Origin: an uncultured Verrucomicrobiae bacterium | GTDB taxonomy: Bacteria; Verrucomicrobiota; Verrucomicrobiia; Limisphaerales; UBA11358 | Assembly: GCA_963755515.1 (NCBI GenBank) | Contig: CAVWKA010000002.1 | Span: forward strand, 10,765 to 74,764 | Length of the DNA stretch: 64,000 nt | Reading direction: 5' to 3' | Part shown: piece by piece, positions 1 to 7,990 of the stretch | Numbering within the stretch: position 1 is the stretch's first letter | How the letters are laid out: each line of letters opens with the position of its first letter | The notes under the pieces: model-generated | What the model was told of the DNA's origin: nothing | Seen by the model: only the letters and a program-made list of their open reading frames with translations | The model's database searches: none | Position numbers and translations under genes: made by a program

Positions 1-2
1 TC

Positions 3-149
3 GCGTTCAACCCTCGATACCTCATAGATGCGCTGGCTGCCTTGGGCGAGGACGAAGTGTTTTTTGAATTGATTGACGAATTAAGCCCCGGTGTTTTAAA
101 AATCAACGGGCCATTTCTGTACGTGGTGATGCCAATGAGATTGAGCTAG
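3..149 (+). CDS. dnaN: DNA polymerase III beta subunit (sliding clamp), C-terminal end only; 5' part lies outside the window
   Basis: Frame-3 translation AFNPRYLIDALAALGEDEVFFELIDELSPGVLKINGPFLYVVMPMRLS-stop. FNxxYLxDxL and the terminal YVVMPMRL match the conserved DnaN C-terminus. It is absent from the ORF track because it has no start codon in the window. Confidence 0.8.
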   Translation, partial: AFNPRYLIDALAALGEDEVFFELIDELSPGVLKINGPFLYVVMPMRLS

Positions 150-155
150 GCGGAC

Positions 156-518
156 ATGAATTCAACGATGGCTTCACGCATCGCGGCCGCCGTGGGCTTT
201 CTCGCGGTGGGCGTGGGGGCGTTTGGGGCGCATGACTTGAAAGGGGTTCTCTCACAAAATGGCACAACAGGCATCTGGCAAACGGCGGTATTCTATCATT
301 TCATCCACGCGGTCTTGCTGTTTGTTCTGGCGGAGCGGACCCCTTTTCCCGCGGTCGCCTGGTGGAGTTTTCTCATCGGCATTTTTGTTTTTTCCGGCTC
401 TCTTTATTTGCTGGCGGCCACAAATGTTCTTTGGATCGGCGCAGTGACGCCGCTCGGCGGACTAAGCTTTCTCTTCGGCTGGGGATCGTTGGTTTTCGCG
501 CCCGGGCAGCGAAAATGA
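156..518 (+). CDS. DUF423 (YgdD/TMEM256-like) small inner-membrane protein
   Basis: 120-aa ORF with four hydrophobic helices. GAFGAHDLKG ... FYHFIHAVLL ... GGLSFLFGW pattern is typical of DUF423. Confidence 0.8.
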   Translation: MNSTMASRIAAAVGFLAVGVGAFGAHDLKGVLSQNGTTGIWQTAVFYHFIHAVLLFVLAERTPFPAVAWWSFLIGIFVFSGSLYLLAATNVLWIGAVTPLGGLSFLFGWGSLVFAPGQRK

Positions 519-577
519 ATCAACAACGCGCTTGACCAGTGGCGGTTCCGGTGTGAGATTTCGACCGAAAGGAGATT

Positions 578-1306
578 ATGAAAAAATATACAATGGTTTC
601 AGTTTTCTGTATGGGAATCTCGGCCGCGCAAGCGCAGAATTCACCCCCACTCTATTCACCGCCGCCATATCAACAACCGCAGTATTACTATTATCCCCAA
701 CCCGACCAGGGGCTTTATCTGCGCGCGGGAGTCGGTCCTTCCTTTTATCAGGACGGCAAACTCACCGAGTTCGGTGGAGGTCCGTATGGCCAGGGCCCCA
801 ACGCCCCTGTCAAATACGAGACTGGCGCGGCGGCCAACGTCGCCGTAGGTTGGGCATTCAACCGATTTGTTTCCGCGGATTTCGAAACGGGCTTTCAAGG
901 CACCCGGATTGATTATGTGCCGGGATATTTCCAGTATAATCATTCGGACGTGTACGATATTCCGTTTCTCGCAAACGCCATATTGTCCTTTCCCATCCCA
1001 CACACGATCGTGACACCTTATATCGGAGCGGGAGTGGGTGGAGCGAACACTTATTTTGACGCGCGCGGATTCGGCGACAGTTCCCAGACGGTCTATCGAA
1101 CGGAAAACGATGTGGAATGGGCCTGGCAAGCCATGGCCGGATTGCGGTTTCGGCTGGCGCCGAACGTTTCTTTGGGCCTGGGCTACCGATATTTTACAAC
1201 CGCCGACACGACCTACGGCTACCCACCCAGCCCGAATTTCAACGTGGGTTTCGACGGCGTCCGCACGCACTCCGTCCTGTTCACCTTTGATTGGAAATTC
1301 TGGTGA
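578..1306 (+). CDS. outer-membrane beta-barrel protein (OmpA-like/OmpW-type barrel)
   Basis: Signal peptide MKKYTMVSVFCMGISAAQA. Gly/Tyr-rich alternating beta-strand segments and a C-terminal aromatic end (FTFDWKFW), as in small OM barrels. Confidence 0.7.
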   Translation: MKKYTMVSVFCMGISAAQAQNSPPLYSPPPYQQPQYYYYPQPDQGLYLRAGVGPSFYQDGKLTEFGGGPYGQGPNAPVKYETGAAANVAVGWAFNRFVSADFETGFQGTRIDYVPGYFQYNHSDVYDIPFLANAILSFPIPHTIVTPYIGAGVGGANTYFDARGFGDSSQTVYRTENDVEWAWQAMAGLRFRLAPNVSLGLGYRYFTTADTTYGYPPSPNFNVGFDGVRTHSVLFTFDWKFW

Positions 1307-1445
1307 GAGAGTTTTCCAAGGAAAGCCGGCTCCGGCTATTCCTCGAATTCAGATAAAGTACCGCATAGCGGACTGCCACGAGATTCCAGGGCAGGCGGAC
1401 GATTTGTTGTTTTACGCCAGAAAAATTTCGATTAATGCTAATGGC

Positions 1446-1997
1446 GTGAATCGTTCTGCTTTGAGCGCACAGAAAAAAATCGCCCGCGCACGAGGGTTGT
1501 GTGACAAAGGCTCCTGGAAGGAAGCGCTGATGTTTGCGCAGGGCTGGAGCGCGGAGGAGCCGTCGGCGGCGAAAGCGCTGTTTTTTCAAGGGGTCGCTCT
1601 GGCGGCGATGGGACGATTTGTCGAAGCCGAAACGAGCTATCGGCAGGCGCTGAAGCTGGACGAGAATGATTTCAAAGCATGGAATAATTTGGCCGGAGTG
1701 TTGTTTGATTCACTAAACAAGCCGATGGACGGGATGCGCTGCATGGAGCGGGCCTTGAAACTGGAGCCGCGCAACAAATTAGGCTGGTCGAACATGGCCG
1801 GCATGGTCGGGCAGATGGGACGACATGAGAAAGCGCTGGAATTCGCCGGCCGCGCTCTCGCCCTGGATCCCCAATTTGTCGAGGCGCTGTTGCACAAGGC
1901 TGCGGCGGCCAAAGCGCTGGGCAGAGTGGAAATCGTCCAGGAAGTTTCGCTCACGCTGTCTTCCATTGAGGCAGACAAGTTTAAGCGAGGGGGGTAA
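1446..1997 (+). CDS. TPR-repeat protein (start uncertain)
   Basis: 34-residue TPR periodicity (AKALFFQGVALAAMGRFVEAETSYRQALKLDENDFKAWNNLAGVL, ALEFAGRALALDPQFVEALLHKA). The track ORF starts at 1038 but overlaps the barrel gene out of frame. In-frame candidate starts after 1306 are TTG 1404, GTG 1446 and ATG 1530. Confidence 0.6.
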   Translation: MNRSALSAQKKIARARGLCDKGSWKEALMFAQGWSAEEPSAAKALFFQGVALAAMGRFVEAETSYRQALKLDENDFKAWNNLAGVLFDSLNKPMDGMRCMERALKLEPRNKLGWSNMAGMVGQMGRHEKALEFAGRALALDPQFVEALLHKAAAAKALGRVEIVQEVSLTLSSIEADKFKRGG

Positions 1998-2203
1998 CCG
2001 CGCGGCAAGGCAAGTCAATTCGCGATGACGGATTAGCCTGCCAGCCATCCTAACGCGAGGGTAGTCGCGCTGAGGCCGGCCAAGACGCCGAAGCAAACGG
2101 ACCAGCCACCTCGCAACCAGAACCACGCCGTCAAAGCCGAGCCGACCCACTACCCCAATCGCGAGTTGCTTGTTTTCGCAATAATTTCAGCTAAAATAAC
2201 CGG

Positions 2204-3310
2204 GTGATTTACGACGCGTCATTGGACGAGCTGTTGCAAAGGGTGTGGGAAGGCAAGCGAATTTTCCAAGCCGATGCGCTCCGGCTTTACCATTTGCCGT
2301 TGGAGGAATTGGGCGCATTGGCCGATCGCCGCCGCCAATTGGCCAAGGCCGACGATTTCAGCGGCCGCGGCAATGAAATCGTCTCCTACATCATTGATCG
2401 CAATGTCAATTACACCAACGTCTGCAATGTCTATTGCAAGTTCTGCGCCTTTTACCGCGTGGAAAAGGACGACGACGCCTACGTCATTTCCCTCGACGAA
2501 ATGGACCGGAAAATCGAGGAGACCATCGCGCTTGGCGGCACGCAAATTCTCATGCAGGGCGGGCACCATCCCAAGCTGACCAAGCAGTGGTATCTGGATT
2601 TGCTTTCACACATCAAAAACAAGTTTCCTGGTTTCAACATCCACGGGTTCAGCCCCAGCGAATTCATCCATTTTCGCGAGGTTTTTAACGAGCCGTTGGA
2701 AAAAATCATCGGTGATTTCAGGGCGGCGGGGCTTGGCTCAATCCCCGGCGGCGGCGGTGAGATTCTGGTGGACCGTGTTCGCCAACGGATTTCACCGCTC
2801 AAGGCGATGAGCGACGATTGGCTGGAAGTTATGGACGTGGCGCATCGGATGGGTTTGTATTCGAGCGCGACGATGATGTTCGGCCACGTGGAGACGATTG
2901 AAGACCGCATTGAGCATCTGGAGCGGTTGCGGGCGCAGCAGGAAAAATCGCTTGGCTACGGCAACGGCCATTTCACCGCGTTCATCTGCTGGACGTTTCA
3001 GGCTGAGCATACCAAATTGAAAGCTCCAACGGTGGGCGCGCATGAATATTTGCGCACCCAGGCGCTGGGCCGGATTTATCTGGACAACTTCACGAACGTG
3101 CAAAGCTCCTGGGTCACCCAGGGCCTCGAAATCGGCCAGGTGGCTCTCAAATTCGGCGCGAACGATTTGGGCAGCATTATGATTGAAGAAAATGTCGTGT
3201 CCCAGGCCGGCACGACGTTTCGCATGACGGTGGACGACATGAAGCGGCTCATTTCGGAATTGGGTTATGAACCGCGCCAGCGCAATAACTGGTACCAGTT
3301 GGTGAATTAA
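2204..3310 (+). CDS. mqnC: futalosine-pathway radical SAM enzyme, most like cyclic dehypoxanthine-futalosine synthase (MqnC); MqnE not excluded
   Basis: 368 aa, GTG start. NYTNVCNVYCKFCAFYR (CxxxCxxC), SIPGGGGEILVDRVR, ATMMFGHVET, FICWTFQ, SSWVTQG and FGANDLGSIMIEENVV fit my recollection of MqnC rather than MqnE. Confidence 0.8.
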   Translation: MIYDASLDELLQRVWEGKRIFQADALRLYHLPLEELGALADRRRQLAKADDFSGRGNEIVSYIIDRNVNYTNVCNVYCKFCAFYRVEKDDDAYVISLDEMDRKIEETIALGGTQILMQGGHHPKLTKQWYLDLLSHIKNKFPGFNIHGFSPSEFIHFREVFNEPLEKIIGDFRAAGLGSIPGGGGEILVDRVRQRISPLKAMSDDWLEVMDVAHRMGLYSSATMMFGHVETIEDRIEHLERLRAQQEKSLGYGNGHFTAFICWTFQAEHTKLKAPTVGAHEYLRTQALGRIYLDNFTNVQSSWVTQGLEIGQVALKFGANDLGSIMIEENVVSQAGTTFRMTVDDMKRLISELGYEPRQRNNWYQLVN

Positions 3311-3347
3311 GCTTGTCCTGAAATTTTTTAGGCGCGACAATCGCATC

Positions 3348-4434
3348 ATGGCAATACCGTCACCATCGCGAGTCATTCGCGACCCGAAAACGCGCTTTAA
3401 CTGGCGCGTGAGCGGCGTTGTCCGCCGGCTGATGTCGCGCTGGCTTGAGTGGCGCGCAAAGCTCACTGGGCGCAAGTACTATTGCCACGCGCTCGCCGGC
3501 GAGTCGGACTACAACATAGCGGTCAATTCCGACCTGACCGTTTCGTGCAACTGCCAGGATTACGATGGCAGCGGGCACATCGGCGATTTGCGGAAAAACT
3601 CCTTCGAGGAAATTTTCTTCGGGCCGGTGGCGCAAAAATTCCGGGATAATTTGGCGAAGGGGAAGATGCCCATTTCCACCTGCGCGCGCTGCGGCGATTT
3701 GCGCCGGCTCGAAACGCGGCGAACGGCCGCCCAAGGCGCGGCTGCCCTATCGAGGAATGCTTTTGGAAAACACCGTGGTTTGCAACGTGGACTGCATCGG
3801 TTGCGCGCGCGAGGGGGCGGCGAATGTGCGGACCAAAAAAACGATGCCGCTTGCGGAATTAAGCCAGATGGCCGACCTTGCGGCGCGGTTGGGAATGGAG
3901 CGGATATTTTATTTGAACCTCGGCGAGCCGTTCCTGTCACCGACGATTTGTCAGGAACTGCCGTTGTTGCGCAAAAAAAATCCGAAGGCTTATATCCGGA
4001 TTTCGACAAACGGCGTCTTGCTGAACACCGACGCCAAGCGCGAGGCGGCGCTGAATTTGAGCGACATTCAATTTTCGATTCACGGCATCAACGAGGAAAT
4101 GAGCGCAAAATACATGATGCGGGGAAATTTTGACAAGGCGTTCGAGGCGATGAAACAGATGGTTGCCTACCGCGACGCGCGTCAATTGAAGATGCCGATT
4201 TTGGAATGGAAATACCTGCTCTTCAACTGGAATGACCATCCCAAAACCATCGCCCGAGCCATGGAAATGGCCAAAGAGATTGGCGTGGACATCATTTCAT
4301 TCTGGCCCACTGGAAACCCGTTTTACGGAATTTCATGGCGCTATCGGCTCGGCAGGTTCAACCATATCGGACGCGAAAGCTGGAAGGGGCGCGAAGTAAT
4401 TTTGCGTCCTGAGAATGCCGCCGCCGCCCGATGA
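3348..4434 (+). pseudogene. radical SAM enzyme apparently split by one frameshift (Cys-rich N-terminal domain in frame 3, AdoMet-radical core in frame 1)
   Basis: ORF 3348..4133 reads VSCNCQDYDGSGHIGDLRKNSFEEIFFGPVAQKFRDNLAKGKMPISTCARCGDL (SPASM/twitch-like Cys cluster) and then degenerates. ORF 3565..4434 looks protein-like only from about 3715: PPKARLPYRGMLLENTVVCNVDCIGCA (CxxxCxxC), LNLGEPFL, ISTNG. The frame swap lies near 3705-3730. Alternative reading: the core starts independently at ATG 3757. Confidence 0.6.
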
Positions 4435-6404
4435 AAAGCGTTTTGCAGAGATGGGGATTGCCCTTTCTGACACTCTTCACCTTTTTCTTCCTGCTGGGCA
4501 GCCGTGCGCTCAATGAGCCGGACGAGGGCCGCTACGCTGAAATCGCGCGCGAAATGATTCAAACCGGCAACTGGCTGGTTCCGCATTTGTGGTATTTGCC
4601 GCATCTGGACAAGCCGCCGATGACTTATTGGCTGGTCGCGGCTTCCATGGACCTTTTCGGGCGTAATGAATGGGCGGTGCGCCTGCCGCTGGCGCTGGCC
4701 GGCATCAGCGGAGTCTGGGCGGCGTTTCTGCTTGGGAATTCAATGGGCGGGCGGCGTATTGGGACTTGGAGCGCTTTGATTTTGCAAAGTTCGCTCCTCT
4801 ATATCGTCATGGCCCGAATGCTAACGACGGACATCTTTCTCACGCAATTTATCGCCTGGGCCATTTACTTTTTCTGGCGGAGTTGGTTGGCGTTGAAAAG
4901 CCCGGAAAGCGCCGGCCGGGAATTCTGGCCATGGCATTTGGGAGGATGGGTGGCTGTCGCTCTGGCATTTCTTGTGAAAGGGCCAATTGCCCTGGCGATT
5001 CCCATGGCTGCTTTTGCGGTATTGATGATTGTTCGGTGGAGCGGAATTCAACGAAGGAAACTCTTAATTGCCGGATTGCTCGGCGGCATTGCGCTGTTTT
5101 TTATACTGGCGGCGCCGTGGTTTCTGGAAGTTTTTCGGCGCGAGCCTGGTTCGGCGCATTACATGATTTTCGGGCAGGCAGCGGGACATTTTTTGGGAAC
5201 AACGATTAAAAACCGGACAGGCAGTCCGTTTTATTTCTTCGGGATTCTTGCGGTCGGTCTTTTGCCCTGGACAATTTTGCTGGGATGGCTTTGGCGACGC
5301 TCGGAAAGCGCCCGGGATGAACGGCTTTTGCTGAACACCTGGGCCATTTTCACGTTCGTGCTGTTTTCGTGTTCCCATGCGAAATTGCCCGCATACATCC
5401 TGCCTATTTTTCCCGCGTTGGCGGTCTTGATCGCGTTGAAATTTTTCGGCGGCGAAAGCGCGAAAGAGCCCACGCCCAAAATTTCATGGCAGATTTGCGC
5501 GGCGAGCGCATTGCTGCTGCCGGCCGTTTTTCCGGTGCTGCTAAAAATCGCATTCAAGGACGCTTTGCCCGATTGGTTGATCTGGCAAACACCGGTGTGC
5601 GCGGGAGTTATCGTGATCATCTTCTTCCGGGCGCGGAAATGGGAAATGGAAACCGCGGCAGCGGCCACCGTCGGCTTGTCACTATTGGGATTTTTTATTG
5701 TGGTCGCGGAAATTCCGCCGTTTCAAAACACATTGCGGGCCAATCAAACGCTAAGACCGCTTGGCGAGGAACTGGCGAAAGATGTTCAGCCGGAGGATGC
5801 CCTTGTTTGTTGGGGAAAATTTCCCGAAGGCTTGCCGTTTTATTCCGGCGGCGCGATCTCGGCGACACACCGTCCCTATCTCGGCGATATGGATTTGACG
5901 CAGATGCCGTTTGATTTTCCAGGCAATCGCGAACACCTGGGCGATTTGCTTTTGCCGGATGAACAGGCGCTGGCGCAATTGCTGCATAGCGGGAAAACAG
6001 TTTGGGTCGTCGGTTTCGGCAATACGATTGAAAATTTTGAGAAAGGCCAAAGCGCAACGCCACTGCATTTGGTTTCGCGCGTCGGGCAATGGGAATTGTT
6101 TGTGAACCGCTGGGGCCGGGGGAGCATTTCAAATTTTGGCGCAGTGAATTTGAAAAGTGGAAAACAAGCTGAAATAGCTGAAATGCAGGGTATTTATTCT
6201 GTTAAGCTACTTTGCATGTGGCACTTACGAAGTTCTCATATGTTAAGATGCTCTTCCTGTGGCACTTATGCAGTTTTCGCGTGGTGGGATACCCTGCCTA
6301 TGGCACTTACGCAGTTTTCGCTCAGCCTAACTAAAACCCAAAATCTCCCGCTGCCGAACGGCTACAGTTTTTCTTCAAACGCTCCAAAGACACGGTGTCA
6401 ATGA
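4431..6404 (+). CDS. ArnT/PMT-type (GT39/GT83-like) membrane glycosyltransferase
   Basis: 657 aa with at least 10 hydrophobic helices. N-terminal LNEPDEGRYAEIAREMIQTGNWLVPHLWYLPHLDKPPMTYW is the hallmark first loop of ArnT-like enzymes. ATGA overlap with the upstream radical SAM ORF. The last approximately 90 codons run through intergenic-type repeats, with no stop before 6404. Confidence 0.85.
   Translation: MKSVLQRWGLPFLTLFTFFFLLGSRALNEPDEGRYAEIAREMIQTGNWLVPHLWYLPHLDKPPMTYWLVAASMDLFGRNEWAVRLPLALAGISGVWAAFLLGNSMGGRRIGTWSALILQSSLLYIVMARMLTTDIFLTQFIAWAIYFFWRSWLALKSPESAGREFWPWHLGGWVAVALAFLVKGPIALAIPMAAFAVLMIVRWSGIQRRKLLIAGLLGGIALFFILAAPWFLEVFRREPGSAHYMIFGQAAGHFLGTTIKNRTGSPFYFFGILAVGLLPWTILLGWLWRRSESARDERLLLNTWAIFTFVLFSCSHAKLPAYILPIFPALAVLIALKFFGGESAKEPTPKISWQICAASALLLPAVFPVLLKIAFKDALPDWLIWQTPVCAGVIVIIFFRARKWEMETAAAATVGLSLLGFFIVVAEIPPFQNTLRANQTLRPLGEELAKDVQPEDALVCWGKFPEGLPFYSGGAISATHRPYLGDMDLTQMPFDFPGNREHLGDLLLPDEQALAQLLHSGKTVWVVGFGNTIENFEKGQSATPLHLVSRVGQWELFVNRWGRGSISNFGAVNLKSGKQAEIAEMQGIYSVKLLCMWHLRSSHMLRCSSCGTYAVFAWWDTLPMALTQFSLSLTKTQNLPLPNGYSFSSNAPKTRCQ
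6219..6319 (+). repeat. three copies of a 19-nt motif TGGCACTTAYGMAGTTYTC at an exact 41-bp period (iteron-like)
   Basis: Copies at 6219-6237, 6260-6278 and 6301-6319. The 22-nt segments between copies are unrelated to each other. Confidence 0.8.
6317..6382 (+). repeat. dispersed approximately 65-bp element, copy 1 (short hairpin + T-tract, terminator-like)
   Basis: TTCGCTCAGCC..AAAACCCAAAATCTCCCGCTGCCGAACGGCTACAGTTTTTCTTCAAACGC. The stem is CTGCCG/CGGC(TA)CAG followed by TTTTTCTT. Related copies lie at 32388-32453, 49946-49983 and (partial) 13781-13800, all in the same orientation. Confidence 0.6.
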
Positions 6405-6487
6405 GATGCAAACGGCTTTACAATTTTTTTACAAATCTTTTACAGACCCTTGACAACCGGCTTGCGTTTCCGCGGCAAAGTGATTCC

Positions 6488-7834
6488 ATGAAAAAAATAT
6501 TTGCAGGATTCGTCCTGGCTTCGGGAATGGCCGGGTTGCTACTAGCAAGACACGCCTTGGCTTCGTCGAGTGAAAACGAAGGAGGCCATTACATCGTTCA
6601 CGAATGGGGCACGTTCACGGACGTGCAGGGCGGAGACGGCCAGTTGCTTTCATGGCGGCCATTGCAAACGTCGGAATTGCCCGGTTTTGTCCGCAATTGG
6701 CAAAATCCGGGGATGAACCGGAGATTTGCCGGATTTTTTGCCGGCGGCGAACCGTTTCGGGGCAAACGCAGCATGGTCACCTGGCAACGCCTGGAAACGC
6801 CGGTGATGTATTTTTACTCGGCTGAACGCATGAGCGTGAACGTAGGGGTGGATTTCCCCGGAGGAGTGATCACGGAATGGTATCCGCAAGCGACACAAAT
6901 CGGGCCGTCCGTTCCGCTGGACAGCGACGCGCCAGGCGCCGCCACAGTCCGGGCAAGCCGCGCGGTTTGGACTGATCTGCTGCTTTTGCCCGAGTCAAAG
7001 GGAAACGGGCGGTTGCAAAATCTTTTGCCGCCAGACCAGCCGGGCGCGCATTATTTCGCCGCGCGGAAGACCGGCGCGGACACGGTGCGTATGGAACTTG
7101 GGGACGGGACAAAGGAGGCGGACAATTACGAAAAATTTATTTTTTATCGCGGCGCCGGGAGTTTCAGAACGCCATTGCGCGTAAGCGTCAACGGGCAAAA
7201 TGAAATCGTCGTGGAAGACACCGGCTCGCAGGCATTGTCACATTTGTTTCTTCTGGCCATAAAGGACGGCCGCGGCGGTTTTGAAGAAATCGAGCATCTT
7301 CAGCCTGGGGAGAGCAAAACATTTCCGGCCATCGAATTACAAAATTGCGGAGCGAGTTGGTTTTATTCGATTGCCGACGGACAGGCGAAACTCGGAACGG
7401 CCGTCCGCGCGGCGCTGACAAGCGAGGGTTTGTTCGAGGACGAGGCGGCGGCGATGGTCAACACCTGGAAGGACTCGTGGTTTGCGGAAGACGGCGTGCG
7501 CGTATTTTATCTATTACCGCGGGCTTGGACGGATAAGACGCTGCCCCTGACGCTCAATCCCAAACCTGAAAGGGTTGTACGCGTCATGGTTGGACGCGCG
7601 GAGGTGATCATGCCGGAGACCGCGAAGGAATTGGCGGCGGTTCTGGCGAAGGCGGAAGCGGGTGACCAGGCGGCGCGGGAGCAAGGAATTGACGATTTGC
7701 AAAAGTTAAATCGGTTCGCGGAACCCGCGTTGCAATTGGCAGACCGGGGTGAAAAATCGCAGGACAGGATAAACTTCGGCTATCAGCTTTTGTCCGAAAT
7801 CGCTCAACGGCAATCCAAGGGCGCGGGCAATTGA
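6488..7834 (+). CDS. secreted hypothetical protein
   Basis: The in-frame ATG at 6488 gives signal peptide MKKIFAGFVLASGMAGLLLARHALA. The 448-aa product has no motif I recognise. The track ORF start at 6395 lies inside the upstream repeat element. Confidence 0.65.
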   Translation: MKKIFAGFVLASGMAGLLLARHALASSSENEGGHYIVHEWGTFTDVQGGDGQLLSWRPLQTSELPGFVRNWQNPGMNRRFAGFFAGGEPFRGKRSMVTWQRLETPVMYFYSAERMSVNVGVDFPGGVITEWYPQATQIGPSVPLDSDAPGAATVRASRAVWTDLLLLPESKGNGRLQNLLPPDQPGAHYFAARKTGADTVRMELGDGTKEADNYEKFIFYRGAGSFRTPLRVSVNGQNEIVVEDTGSQALSHLFLLAIKDGRGGFEEIEHLQPGESKTFPAIELQNCGASWFYSIADGQAKLGTAVRAALTSEGLFEDEAAAMVNTWKDSWFAEDGVRVFYLLPRAWTDKTLPLTLNPKPERVVRVMVGRAEVIMPETAKELAAVLAKAEAGDQAAREQGIDDLQKLNRFAEPALQLADRGEKSQDRINFGYQLLSEIAQRQSKGAGN

Positions 7835-7990
7835 AAAGTGAGCAATTCAGTCAAAATCGGAGTTATTCCGAGCGCGAAGCGCGCAAAATCGAAGGGGGAA
7901 GAAATCGAATCCGGGCCAGGATGGCGAGGGGGGCGGGCTGATTGAGCTTGGATATGAGGGCGGGCGTGGGATATTTTCGGACACACACAA

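Noticed and set aside
1038-1306. 5' extension of the TPR ORF overlapping the OM barrel gene
   Set aside because: It overlaps a well-supported gene out of frame. The extension translates to Arg/Trp/Pro-rich sequence with no TPR periodicity.
2030-2150. Possible small membrane protein on the minus strand (start of ORF 1779..2150)
   Set aside because: The ORF has no stop before running deep into the TPR gene on the opposite strand. There is no RBS, and the sequence is Arg/Leu-rich with no family resemblance.
6219-6319. Sigma-54 promoters suggested by three TGGCAC motifs
   Set aside because: The -12 GC element is not at the required spacing. The consensus is TGGCAC-N5-TTGC, whereas here GC follows after 4 nt (TGGCACTTA(C/T)GC). 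There is also no bacterial enhancer-binding protein gene nearby.
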